DNA from: Callorhinchus milii
Lineage: Eukaryota
Length of the DNA: 64,000 nt
Reading direction: 5' to 3'
NCBI RefSeq assembly: GCF_018977255.1
Contig: NW_024704743.1
Span: forward strand, 77,316,001-77,380,000
The notes under the pieces were generated by a model. It did not search any database. It was not told where the DNA came from and saw nothing but the letters and a program-made list of their open reading frames with translations. The stretch's first letter is position 1; each line of letters starts with the position of its first letter. Positions 12,067-25,385 of this stretch are shown one piece after another. A program made the translations under genes and the position numbers.

Positions 12067-13496
12067 CTAATGTTACTCCCCTGTACAAAAAGGGGCAGAA
12101 GGAACTACAGGCCAGTCAGCCTAACATCAGTAGTGGGGAAACTCCTGAAGACTACAATCCGGGACAGAATAAATCTTCATTTAGAAGAATATGGGTTAAT
12201 TAGGGACAGCCAGCACGGATTTGTTAAAGGCAAATCTTGTCTAACAAATCTAATAGAATTTTTTGATGAGGTAACGGAGAGGGTGGATGAAGGTAGTGCA
12301 GTTGATGTAGTTTATATGGACTTTCAAAAGGCATTTGACAAAGTGCCACATAAAAGACTTGTAAGAAAAATAGAAGTCCATGGTTTAAAAGGCAGCATGG
12401 ATACAGAACTGGCTGGGAGACAGAAAGCAGAGAGTTGTGGTGAACAGTTGCTTTTCTGACTGGAGGGAAGTGTACAGTGGCGTCCCCCAGGGATTGGTAT
12501 TAGGACCACTGTTCTTCTTAATGTATATATATAAATGATCTGGACTTGGGTATAGCAAGTACCATTTCCAAGCTTGCGGATGACACAAAGTTAGGTAGGG
12601 TAGTAAACAATGCGAAAGATAGTAGTCAACTGCAGGAAGACATAGACAGAATGGTAAAATGGGAGACACATGGCAGGTGAATTTTAATGTGGAGAAATGT
12701 GAGGTAATGTATTTTGGAAGAAAGAATGAGGGGAGGTAATATAGGTTGGTAATACAATCTTAAGGGGGGTGAAGGAACAGAGAGACCTAGGGGTGCAGGT
12801 AAATTAATCCTTGAAGGTGGCAGGACAGGTCGATAAAGCTGTAAAAAGGGCAAATGGGATTCTAGGCTTTATAAATAGGGGCATAGAGTACAAGAGTCAG
12901 GAGGTTATGATTAACCTATATAAAACACTGGTTAGGCCTCAGTTAGAATACTGCGCCCAGTTCTGGGCACCACACTATAGGAAGGATATTAAGGCATTGG
13001 AAAGGGTGCAGAGCAGATTTACAAGGATGGTACCAGGAATGAGGGACCTTGACTATGAGGAAAGGCTGGAGAGGCTGGGATTATTCTCATTGGAGCAGAG
13101 AAGTTTACGAAGAGACCTAATAGAGGTTTTCAAAATCATGAGGGGATTTGATAGGTTAGAAAGGAAAAAACTGTTTCCACTGGTGGGTGTGTCGGTAACT
13201 TGAGATCACAAATTTAAAATAGTTTCTAAAAGAAGCAGAAAGGAGGTAAGAAGACATTTTTTCACACAGCGAGTTATTTGAATCTGGAACGCATTGCCTG
13301 AAAGGGTGGTGGAGGCCGATTCGATACCAACTTTTAAAAACGTGGTGGATGGGTATTTGAGGAGGACGGATTTGCAGGGTTATGGGGAAAGGGCTGGGGA
13401 GTGGGAGTGACATTACATTGCTCTTTTCAAAGAGCCGGCACAGACTTGATGGGCCAAATGGCCTCTTTTTGTGCTGCATGATTCTATGATTCTATG
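12067..13496 (+). mobile_element. CR1 LINE, 5'-truncated, 1.43 kb, frameshifted reverse transcriptase
   Basis: NYRPVSLTSVVGKLL, SQHGFVKGKSCLTNL, VYMDFQKAFDKVPH, KLADDTKL, YKTLVRPQLEYC; ends in ATTCTATG repeats; candidate TSD TGTGTC at 12062-12067 and 13495-13500. Confidence 0.96.
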
Positions 13497-13824
13497 TGTC
13501 ATTTTGAGCTGAGCTGGCTCTAAGGAAATACCATTTACCATTAAGATAGTTATTAGTTGGTCACTTAACATTCAACAATAACAGATTTGAGCACTCACTC
13601 AAATGGCAGGTATAAGAAATTTCCTGCAAGCTTCCTGGTGAGCAGTACAGCCTCCCTGCAAATCAGTCAAGGTGATTCCAAACCCTGGATATATGAACAT
13701 GTGCTCATGCACCTGGATTCCAGGTAACACCAAGGAACTCATAACAGGTTAGTGTAGGTTGTAGTTCTCCCATCCTGCAAGCGCTTCTCCTTTTTGCCCT
13801 AAATCCACCTTACTACTTGGTTTT

Positions 13825-14290
13825 GGACATCACAAATAGATTTAAGTAATTATCAAAACAGTGAATGGAGAAGTTTAGAGAATTATTTTTTACAAGGAGG
13901 GTTGCAGTACATGGATTGTCTTACCTCAGAATGGTAGCAGAGACCAGAGACAGAATCCATGTTAGCTTTTATTTAGAATAAATTAGATAATTACCAGAAA
14001 ATAATAATAATAAAAAATAACCCTTGCACTTGATACAGTACTTATCACACCTTTGGGAATGTACAATCAATTCACTTTACAGTATCTTTTCAATGTGCTT
14101 CACAGAAGATACTGTAAAGTGAATTGACTGTGTATTTTGTGGGCAAAACAAGGCAGCCAATTGCACACAGCTGAAAAGGGGAAATAGAAAAGGATACAGG
14201 GACCAAGCAGGGCAATGGAACTAAACATATGATTCCTTAGGTGAGTCAGCGATGGATGAAATGTTCTTCTTCTGTACATTCATTATTGGT
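13825..14290 (+). mobile_element. Old CR1 3' fragment interrupted by a minus-strand SINE tail (~14000-14172)
   Basis: CACAAATAGATTTAAG...TTTTTTACAAGGAGGGTTG...TTAGATAATTACC; resumes AAAAGGATACAGGGACCAAGCAGGGCAATGGAACTA. Confidence 0.65.
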
Positions 14291-16562
14291 TTCATGTCTT
14301 TAATTTAATGACTTTAGTATTCTGTTAAAAAGTACAGGTACATTTATACTCAAGATGCGAGTTGATAAATATTATAGAGAGTCCTCAATGTACAAGGAGA
14401 AAGCAACCATTTCCGATCCCCTCCCCACTTTATTGAGAGAGGGAAAGTGCACTGCAGTGATATGATGTCTCTGTACAACTGGATCCATTGGAGAAGTGTG
14501 TGGGGGGTGGGATGGGGTTTTGTGAAGAAATGTCCGTGAAGGCAAGTGGGATATGGTTGAATAATGAAGATATTGGACTGGATTAATATTATGGTCTTTT
14601 TGCTGCTCTCTTTGGGAGTCATAGAATTGCACAGAATCACATTACACAGGCCATTCGGCCCAACTAGCCCATGCCTATTTAGTGAGTATCTATGCAGAAT
14701 GTTTCGGTGGGAGATTGAGTGAGTGGGTGGTAGTCTATGGTGGGATACATTGTACAAGATCTATAGAACGAGAGGATTCAATGCTTTGAATTGATTTTAT
14801 TTATTTCATGTTTTACACTCAACAGAAGGCAACTGTAAAAAGGACAGGTATATTATAAATGTAACCCTTATAGGTTTAGGCAATACAGGAAGACTTGGAA
14901 AAATAGTAATTTACTTGGATAGCTAACAGAGCTCTTAGAGCCGCATGATTGTCCTGGTCACCTGGTCATTTTACATGGTCTTTAATATTAGATTGTTAAA
15001 CCTAGATCTACGTTTCACCCACAAAATATGCAATCAATTCACTTTACGTATAATCTGATTCCCAAAGATAGCAGCAAAAAAAACATAATATTAATCAAAG
15101 ATGTGATAAAGCTCTATTTCAAATGCAAGGATTATTATTATTACTTGATGAATGCTTGGTTGGCAACATAACATCAACAAGCAGAGTGGAGACTTTCTCT
15201 AAATAAACAAACAGTGATCAAGACAGGATTTTTTAAATGAAAAAAAATCACCATAAACTCTGTCACGTGCACTCACAAAGAATACTCCTGTGGATCAGTG
15301 AGCCCCTCGCCTCTTTGTTCAGTGTATGGGAGAAGCCTAATAGTTGTGAACTCAGGAATTTCTAACTTTAAAAGTTAAATAACCAGTACATCCAGAAGCA
15401 GAGAACCATGCAATTTGCCTCACCTAATCTGAAATCCCTGTAATTTTAGGATTGTAACTGAGTGTTGCAAATAATGTAAAATACTTTAAGCACAGTGAAG
15501 TGAAGGCACCTGTGAAAATCAGCAGAAGTATTTTCAGTTACATTATAATGCTCAATCTCAATATATTTCCATTTTGAAAAGTCTGAGTTCGATCCATGTG
15601 GTGATCTTAGTCAGGTTTGAAGTAAGAAAACAACTGGCTTTTGTGGTTTTGGCCTTGGGAGGGTAAAAGTCTGTCTGCCAGAGTTCCTGGACCTAAATTC
15701 TGATCAGTGGGACCTGAAGAAAAGTCAAGTGTCTGGAAAGGTGTCGGTTCAGTGGTGATTGAATAGTATGATTGAACAGTGCACTGACTTTCAGTGTTGG
15801 AGGTTACAGATGAGGGCTAACTACTTCATCTCAACGCACATTCTGGGATCCACAACCTGACATAATACTCACTAGAGTTAGGTGAGCAAGGTATGTTCCT
15901 GCAGGGAGAGAGTGCGCATTCCATTCCAGTCACAGGGAAATTTCATCTGTAAATGGCATACATATGTGAAACTCAATCTGGTTTAGATACTGGAAACTCA
16001 TAAGCATGGTGAAACTCATAAGCATGGTGAAACTCATAAGCATGGTGAAAGCATGTGTCAGACATACATAAAATTATACAGCACAGAAGGAAGCCATTTG
16101 GCCCATTGTGTCTGTGCCGGACCAAACTCCTGTTCGTCCAAACTAACGCGACACCCATACACAAGCTTGATTGTGTCACAAAGGTTGGATTTATCAATTC
16201 GCATATTATGGCATATATCATGGCACTGGTATAGAGGTATACATTGTGAAAGTTGGGGGAATAACATCCACAGATAGTCTTGTCATAGTCTGGCCTCATT
16301 GAACACTTTTATCAGCAATAATTATCACCAGTGAAAATTAACACATCACAAGTGGCTATTTTCACCCCCAAATCATAGAACACTGTACTTTTGCAGTCTG
16401 ATTTTTTTCATTTTGAGTCCATCGTTTCTTCATTTTTACATGTAGTGATTTTAATTTTATTTCTTCTAATTTTCAAATATTTCTGACATAAGTTTCCATG
16501 AGAGGAGGGAGTTTATCTCATTGATCTGACTAATAAATATTTGTATTATTATTATTGTTGTA

Positions 16563-17283
16563 TCAGCTTGACTGGCAGATATCAGGGCCTGGATGAGTGC
16601 AAACTTCCTGCAGTTGAATGTGGACAAGATGGAAGCCATACTCTTTGGCTCCCATCAATGTTTTCACTCCTGCAGATCCAAACTCCTCAACATCCCTGGG
16701 CTCTCCCTCAGACTCACCTGAACCAGTGTGCAACCTAGGCGCCCAATTCAACCCCCAACGTCCTTTGTTCCCCCACATTCTTTCCCTGATGAGGACTACC
16801 TTCTTCCACCTCCACCACATTGCCTGCCTCCAACCGTACCTTACCCCAAATGCAGCCGAAACCCTTGTGCATGCATTTGTCACCTCCCGCCTGGATTACT
16901 CAAACGCACTCCTCGCCGGTCTCCCCAGCTCCATCATTCACAAGGTCCAGCTCATTCAGAACTCTGCCGCTCACATTCTTACCCGGACCAAACTCCGTAC
17001 CCACACCTCACCAGTTCTGGCCAGGCTCCACTGGCTCCCTATCACCAAATGGATTGACTTCAAGATCCTCACACTTGTGTTCAAATCCCTTCACTCTCTG
17101 GGACCTCCCTACCTCTTCGATCTCCTGACTCCCCAATCCACCACCCAGGACCTCCACTCGACTGACACCAGCCTCCTGCTCATCGCTAGTACCCTCTGCC
17201 CCACCATCAAAGGTCACACTTTCAGTCACTACGCCCTGAAACTCTGGAACACTCTTCCTCAATCCCTCCACCTCGCCCCCTGA
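16563..17283 (+). mobile_element. L2 LINE ORF2 C-terminal fragment
   Basis: ORF 16618-17283: AETLVHAFVTSRLDYSNALLAGLP...LHWLPITKWIDFKIL...LWNTLP. Confidence 0.93.
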
Positions 17284-17324
17284 ACACTGGTTAGACAAAA
17301 CAATTTAAAATCATACAGTATTTC

Positions 17325-17645
17325 TCACACCTGGAGGATGTTCCAAAGCACATTCAAAATGTTGGATAGGCACCCGAGCTGGGGTGAGTACTGGGAGGGA
17401 AAAGGTGAGCGAAAGAGCTTTGAATTTGTCCTTAACGAATATGTTCTGAAATGTGTCTTAAAAGAGGGTGGGGTGAGACCATGAAGGGATTTATAGATAA
17501 GCACAAGAATCTTGAACTTGAATCCTGGGGAATGGGGAGCCAATGGAGCCGAGCGAGGATATAAGGGTGATAGACTTGAGGAGCCTGGCGTGGGAAAGTA
17601 TGTGGGATGCAGAGTTTTGGATATTCTGCAGCTTGTGCAGGAAAG
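17325..17645 (-). mobile_element. Old L2 3' fragment
   Basis: Minus peptide FKFKILVLIYKSLHGLTPP and a degenerate L2 tail. Confidence 0.7.
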
Positions 17646-20600
17646 AGCTGGGACGCTCTATCAAATGCAAGGATTATTCTTATTATTCATAAAAGTCTTT
17701 CATTAGCTTTTTTGTGTTTATTCCATGTGAGGCCAGAAATCTTGTGTCACTTTTGTGTGATCTTAGTAAGGTGAAATCAAACCTATGCTCTTTCACCACT
17801 TCCCCAACAAAGAACAAATTCTCTAGCACCTTTTCACAAAGATACTGCCCTCTTAAATTTGGTGGTGACACTTGATGCAGTCTTCAAAGGGTTAAAGATG
17901 CAAACAACATGTTCTGTACATTGCGGATCTTGTGCAATGAATGGGTGCAGTGAGAATGAGAGGAACAAACTCTGTTCCTAAAGTATACATGCATTGCTCC
18001 AAAAAACAAACTTTCTCACACACACACACACATACACACAAAAGACAGTAAAAAGGACTAACTGGAATGAGATAGGCATCTTTTCATAACTGGTGATGTG
18101 AACAATACAAGCGGGGAATTAAAATTGGTTTACAAATAATCTGAACAGTACTGGCTGTGATATGTAGTGCTGCTCCACATCCAGGAAATGCTGCTGGGCT
18201 GGTTCACCTCCAGGCAGATTCAATTGGCCTGTTGCCATATTTAAAATAAGAGAGTTGCCTTTTGTAAGAGAAAGAGCTAAACAGAAGGTAGTCACAGGGT
18301 GCGCAACTAATTGACATGAAGACCCAGGGCTGCCACCTGTAACCTGCGGGAACTATAAACACCTTCAAATCGGTTCGCAGCAAGTTATCTGAAAGTCGCT
18401 AATGTTCTCGATGATCCCTGCCATAGTGAGCGCTCAGGCATTTCTTTACAGACAGGTTTGGGCGTGCAGGCAGCTTGTGTTTATGACTTTAACAGCTTAC
18501 AAAAAGAAGCTGTCATTTCTTCCCTGGGTGTGTAAAACCAGTTACACTGGTACGTCATGTCAAAAGGAGCCAAGACTTAGCACTCTCAGCAAATTAATGA
18601 CGTTTCCATAATTTTATGCTCTAGGCTTCGCAATGGAATATTTTAAAGACTAAAAAAAGAGAATATGGCAAAATGCCCAGAGCTTGAAAATGCTGCCTTG
18701 AAATTTTCGGACTGTGTCCACTTGTGCTTTACGAGGTGAAGTGTTGGAAGGGCAACAGCTAAATAATTCATCAACAGTGCCACCACAACAATATCAGAAA
18801 TAGCACAGGACAGGAGGAAGAGGGGAAAGAAAGCAAAAAATACTGTACAACTAAACGCCAAAGTGAGTGCACATGTTATAAACAAATGAAAACAATGCTG
18901 CGGATGATTTTTGGGGAAAAAAATCTTCAATAATTAAAAAAAAAGACTCTTTCAGTTTCATCCTCATTTCCTAAAGGCACGCACTCTGCAAGTTGTCACC
19001 TTAGTGTATTCAATGGCTCTTGAAGCACTAGACTCCTCCACAGAGAATGTCAGTTTCAGCCCTGGGCAGTTTTGACAAACAGAGTATATATTGATACATG
19101 ATAAAGTATGCTAGAAATCACCCCACTGCTAAAGGCTACTATAGTTTTAATATCATCATTTGAATTAACAAGCATTCTGTGGTGAAATAATGAGCTTCCA
19201 TTATTCAGAAAGGCATTCTTACCCAGGGACGAGAGCACCATCAGCGCTCAGCAGCTTCATGAACATATTAAGAGAAATATTTTTAGGTTGAAAACTTTTT
19301 TGTTATTTGGTGCAATAAATCCCTATTAAAAAAAGAAAGTGATAAATAACACTTGGAAAGATAGATTGCACTGGGGGAGGGGGGGAGCGGGGTTGCATTC
19401 TGGACGTTGTGTATGCAGGTGTTACTGGGAGCCCACACCTGCATTGAAGCCCTGGCAGAACGACAGATTGTTCTAATAAGTGCTTCACAAAGGCCCGTTG
19501 CATTGCAGCTCATCAGCAATCCAAGTCATGTCTGCTTCTCAGATGGCAGGACGATAACCTCACCTTGCTGGGGAAAAAAAATGCCAAGGGAGCAGGCTTT
19601 CTGAAGCTTACTGTGTTCACTCCTTATATTAAACAGCCAACAGCTGCATTTATGTAGAAGTGGTGACCTCAGGAGAAGCTGTCTACAGAGGACCCGAGCC
19701 ACAGCTTTCCTTAGAATCCGAATAGCTAATATTTTGTCAGCCCAGAAGCATGATTTAACACTTGCTTTAGCCTACTAAAAGGTACGTCTATCACAAACCC
19801 CTTTGAGTGCTGATCTATTTACAAATTGCGTAATGTCTGTTTGTTGCCATTGCAAGCTGCAGTAGAATTATAATCTTCAATACTAGGGGGAAAAAAAGGA
19901 AAATATCCATCACCCGAATCTATTGGGATTCTCTCTATGGAAAAAAAAGATTCTGCATTAAAAGGGTGAGGAGGCAGCTAAATTTCTATATTTGCAAAGC
20001 TACAGCACTGGATTCCCAGTCAGAAATTGTGGCTGAAGTTGAGATTGGCGATTCCTCTAGCTGGTGAGCTTTGTCAGTCTCAGCTGGGTTATTCCTGGGA
20101 GGAAAGTGGGAGCAGCTATCACTCAATCATACTGTCTGATCACCCCAGCCCACTGACCACACCCAGTGCCCATACTCACTGACTCTACCCTCCGCCCATA
20201 GCCACCACCCGCATTCCCCTGACTGCACCCACTGACCGCACCCGCGCCCGCCACCCACACCCAACGACAACACTCACTGACCATATTATACCCAATGACC
20301 CAGTTGAGATATAATAGGATTTCAGTCTCCACCAATCTGCCAACCAAAAACAGTAATTGTCTTTTGCATACAAAACAATTTTTGTGCAGTAGTTGAAAAA
20401 CTATTGTAAAACATTTCCAAAAACTTATGCCAGTCTTGACATGAATTAATTCCAGCCTTTGACACTTCAGGGATAATTATCTTTTCTATCTTTGTGTGTA
20501 GCAGGGAAACAAAAAAGCATCTTTGCACGATGATAGTCTTTGTATTAAACTTTTACTTTTTGCATGCATGGGAGATCCATACAATTTAATCTCTGCTGCT

Positions 20601-22114
20601 AAATATAAAATAACCTTGGTGGTGATTCCTGACTCAGCATCTTCTGTGTGCCACGGGTGATAAGCTGTAACAATCCTATAAAATAATTCTTAAAGGTGAT
20701 TTTATAAAAAAAATCATGCCAGTGGGAAGATAAGGTACATAAGGATTGTTTGTTCAATAGCATAAAGGGAGTGTAAAATCTAGTCTGTGATACTTTAGTT
20801 GGTATATTTTCATTAGAAAGCTAAATCTCTAAAAACGTTTGCAGTAAATGGAGTGTTATTTAATTAGTCTCACTCACATGGGGGATAAATACAAGGTTTC
20901 ATACATCAATCTTTGAAGTGTTTTTTTTGCTCACTGAAAGATTTACTGCTAATTCACTGCAATAAAGAGCTTAACGTTTACAGTGTAGATGTTAATGGCC
21001 AGGTTTGGGCTTAGGAATGATTTTCTTGACCTGATTTCTAAGACACCATGAATAATAATGCAGATTTATTTTAGGAACATAGGAAACTAGAATCAGAGGA
21101 AGGCCATTCGGCCATTGAATCCACTATCCCACAAATCATTCCATGGGCTACGTACCATAATCTCCCCAATCCCACTTCCCTACCTTCTCAGCATGCCCTT
21201 AATATTTTTCTCCCCACCTATACATCTATCTTTTAAATTTTGTTAAAAGGAATCCACCAAAGAAACGTTTTGAATCTGCATTTCACTACTACCTCATGAA
21301 GTGAGGTTAAATGTGGCCTAGTTACCATCTGAGAGGTTTAGAAGCTTATAGCAATAATCTTTTCATTTGATATACGGCCTTATCATATTATCAAGATGTC
21401 TCAAAGTGTTGGGACGTCCTCCCGATGTGAAAGGCGCTCTATAAATGTAATTTTGCTATTGTTGTTGTTTCACAGGATATACTGTAAAGTGTAGTGAATT
21501 TGTAGGCGAATGCAACAGCTGATTAACTAATTTAGCAAGATGACTATAAAACATTCCTTATTCATTTTTTTAGAGGAGAAGGAGAAAGAGAGGAATTTTA
21601 TGCTCACCAAAGTGAGGGATGGATGTCAGTTTCTGAGAATGGAGAACTTTTATATTTTCATCATATTTTCACATCGGGAGGACATTGCAAAGCTCTTCAC
21701 AGGATATACTGTAACGTTTAGTGGCTGTATTTTGTAGGCAAATGCGACAGCCAATTTGTGTACAGCAATGAGCCACAAATGTGAAATGAATGATTCATTA
21801 TATTTTGAGACAATTACTTATAACCCTTTACATTGGTTGTTAATTACACTATTAACTGTACCTGCAATTCCTTCTGTGCGCATGTGTTTGCACATGGTTT
21901 TGCACAACCTGTAAATTAGACCCTGATATCAATGACAAACTCTTGTTAAACAGCTTTTGTTCTGAGAGCAAAGTACAAATGGCTATTATTTAGGGTGATT
22001 TGATGTGTCAGAATTTGATGTGTTGTCTCACTTGGGAGTCTAAGGATACACATTTGACACTTGTATTCTCGTACAACAACAATGACAATTTACACTTATA
22101 TATAACAATATATA

Positions 22115-22410
22115 GTAATAATCCTTGCATTTGATATAACGCCTTATCATGTCTTCGAGGCTTATCAAAGCGCTTCACAGAACACACTGTAAAGTGAATT
22201 GACTATATTTTGTGGGCGAATATAACTTATGCTATGTAGCAACTTTCACATAGGAAAATGTCTCCAAACTCTTGTCAGAGATGGAGAGGAGCTCAAGAAG
22301 ATTGATACAGATATATGACATAATAATAATTATCCTTGCATTTGTTATAGCGCTTTATCACGTCTTCACAGAAAGTGCTTCACAGAATATACTGTAAAGT
22401 GAATTGAAGG
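22115..22410 (-). mobile_element. Two tandem SINE 3' tail fragments
   Basis: ATCCTTGCATTTG...CACAGAA...CTGTAAAGTGAATTG at ~22121 and ~22333. Confidence 0.8.
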
Positions 22411-23440
22411 CTGATAGAGTTGGGAGAGGAGAAGGCCTGCTCTCTGATTCCCAGTGACAGAGGAGCTCAAATAATGACGGTATTCGTACAGCTCTGCAAT
22501 CTTCATTTAGGAGTCAAAATAGACATTTCATAACATACCTGCAATACGAGCATAGGTAGGAATTATAACCATTATGTATCACAGGAAGCAAACAACACAT
22601 TCAATTCATTAAGGATCAGTGCTCTTTAACTAAAGGAATGGACTGAAATATGGTTTATACATGTCCTTAAAACCTATTCTTAATGACATGTTTGGGGCTG
22701 AACCCCACCAATCTCCACCTTTGGAAAATGATTTTGCCCAGAGATTACTCAGATTGAAGGGCAATGCGTTTTTTAAGTGAGTGAGCAGATACCATCTTAA
22801 AGTTAAGCAAGGTTGATTTGCTGGGAACAATTTTGGGCCCCTGATCTTTGCTTGCTGAAAAAACTATGAGTCACATCACAGATAAGCAAATCCCAGAAAC
22901 GTGGATTCAGATGTGACTCATGCACCAGATTTTACAGGATGTGAAAATTCAAAAGGAATTGAGACATATGCAAATTAACACTTGTAGGCTGGCACTAAGA
23001 AAGAATTTCTATTTTTACAGCACCTTTTCACATTTCCAAGTACTGTGTAGTAATATATAACGATTTGCTTTCTGTCTGTCCAGGTAGATTTTAAAGATCC
23101 TGTGATACTATTTGAACTCAGAAGGGAGTTTCTCCAGGTGTCTTAAGAAACCAATCCTTCAGATAAAATTGATTGTTCACTTTGCCATGCAGAATTGGCT
23201 GCCTGCAATAGACGCAATCACCACAATATTTGCTTGTGAAGCGCTTTGAAATGTTTTGACATTAAAGTTGCTGTATAATCCTAGGATTATGATTATTGGT
23301 TTTGTAGACAGATGCAGGTAAAGAGGATGTTGGTTTAATAAGATGTCAAGGTTACTCTGTTTTTGCAATCCTTAGTAACAACAACAACAAAGTTACATTT
23401 ATAGAGTGCCTTTCACGTCGAGAAGAGGTCCCAAAGCACT

Positions 23441-24350
23441 GAAATATGTATATGAAATAGTAATACGTAAATAATATATATGTATCTATATAATATTATT
23501 TAAGGGAAATGGGGAGGCCTGTCCCTTTATTTAGATTCTGGTTATGAAAAAGCTTGCAAGAGATTTAGTTGCAATTTGTAAAAGAGGTAGCAAACAGCAT
23601 ACATGAGGTGTCCAAGTTGCAACGATATCTGGGCTCAAGGTTGCTTGATTGACAGGCAGTTAGCAAACAGTCCGGAAATTTGCAAGGATACTCGCGCGGG
23701 ATATTCCTCGTATTCGCATCATACGGTGAGTGGAGCCATGCGCCTATAAAAAGCAATGCTCGGTGTGCCTCACGGTCTAATGGTCGTCATCTGGTACGTA
23801 CTGACGTTCCAGGATTACTGTACAAGTCAGGTTGGTTTAATTTCTTTATACTAATGTAGTATTGTGTTGCTAGTTGATATCGTTGTGTGTATTAGTTATA
23901 TTTGATCCCATTGTTGTATATCTTAAGTTGTTGTATTTCTTATATGCAAAGTAGCCTAGGGTTGCTGGGTCTTAATAAAGAGCTGTTGTTTTCTACCAAA
24001 TGTATCCTCGAGTCTCTGTAATATTCTAAAACAAGAAAAGGAGTAAATTACTTAGAAAGTAGCTGTCGACATTGGAATTCTGGCAGGGCGAACAGACTCC
24101 GATTTGACTTTCCGGTTCGTGGGCATTTCCAGTTAGTGGGCATCTGGGAATATTAGTGAGTGACTAATTCTAACTTGGTTTGAGACACCTTTGAGCAGAC
24201 ACCTAAATTGACAGGGTAAGGAAAGAGCAGAGGCCACTTAGTACTTAAGCATTACTAAAATTTGCAAGTATACCAAGGAATGAGAACCGACGCAAAGCAA
24301 TTCTAAGAAAGATACCTTTATATCAGATCTGCAGTCTTAACCTAGACTAA
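23441..24350 (+). mobile_element. Probable LTR plus short leader (ERV/LTR-retrotransposon relic)
   Basis: CpG-containing U3-like region, CTATAAAAAG at ~23744, AATAAA at ~23974, CA dinucleotides at ~24032 and ~24070 as possible ends, TGGCAGGGCGAACAGAC at 24081 resembling a tRNA-Lys PBS. No gag/pol seen. Confidence 0.55.
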
Positions 24351-24974
24351 GTCAATAATAATAATCCTTGCATTTGATATAGCGCCTTATATCGTTGATG
24401 CATCTCAAAACGGTTTACAGAATGTGACTGTAAAGTGAATTGACTGTACACTTTTTGGGCAAAAGAAAACAAGTTGAAGTCCCAAAGTGGGACCCTGTGT
24501 TTAAGATAAGTTACTATTCTACCAAGATCTATGGAGTGAATTTGTGGTGTTTCTTAAAATGTTCCTTAACGTAAATAACGTAAACAAAAAACAATACAAT
24601 GCATTACATTTATGTAGCGCCCTTCATGTTGAGAGGCTGATCCAAGGTGCTCAGATAGCAGGTGATGGACACCTCACCATACATGGTTTGTGCCTCTTAG
24701 CTATTTTGTGGCTTCTAGATAAGGAACTGTATTTTGGAAATTTAGGGTTTACTTCGGTCTCCAGGTTATTTGGGTTCAATTGTGTTTTTCCACAGTGCAA
24801 TTCATGTGCTCTGGACCTAGACCATAAATTTGATTTTCTAGATTGGGCCAAGCCTGAAGTCTCCAAAAGTTCATTTTTTGGTATAGGGGAGTATCAATTT
24901 TAGCCTTCCTAGGCAGATCAACACCAGTACAAGTAATTTAAACACTCCAGAGCCTAAAATGTATCATTGTACAT

Positions 24975-25385
24975 TGGCTTGGCTCAGTTTGTGTCGACCT
25001 GCCTTAGCCTGACTCAGTGTGTATCAGCCTGGTTCAGTGTGTGTCAGCCTAGCTCAATTGGTAGCACTCTCGCCTCTGTGTCTAAAGCTTGTGGGCTGCA
25101 GCATCAAGTCGGGACTTTGGATGAGACATTAAATCAAGGTCCTGTTTGCGTGTTCAAGTGAGAAGAGAGAAGCAAGTTTCTCCCATTGTCCTGGCAACAA
25201 TCCAGCAAATAGAATTAGCCATTCACATCATGGCTGTTTGCAGGAAATTACTGTGCCTAAATTAGCTGCTATGTTCCACCTACAAAATACACAGTGACTA
25301 CACTTTACATTATAGCCTGTGAATTGCTTTGAGATATTTTCTGAAAGTTGAAGGCCCTGTATCAAATGAAAGGATTATTATTAAT
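24975..25385 (+). mobile_element. Deu-domain SINE with tandemly repeated head start
   Basis: GTGTCAGCCTAGCTCAATTGGTAGCACTCTCGCCTCTG head, TTTGGATGAGACATTAAATCAAGGTCC Deu block, tail ATCAAATGAAAGGATTATTATT. Confidence 0.75.
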
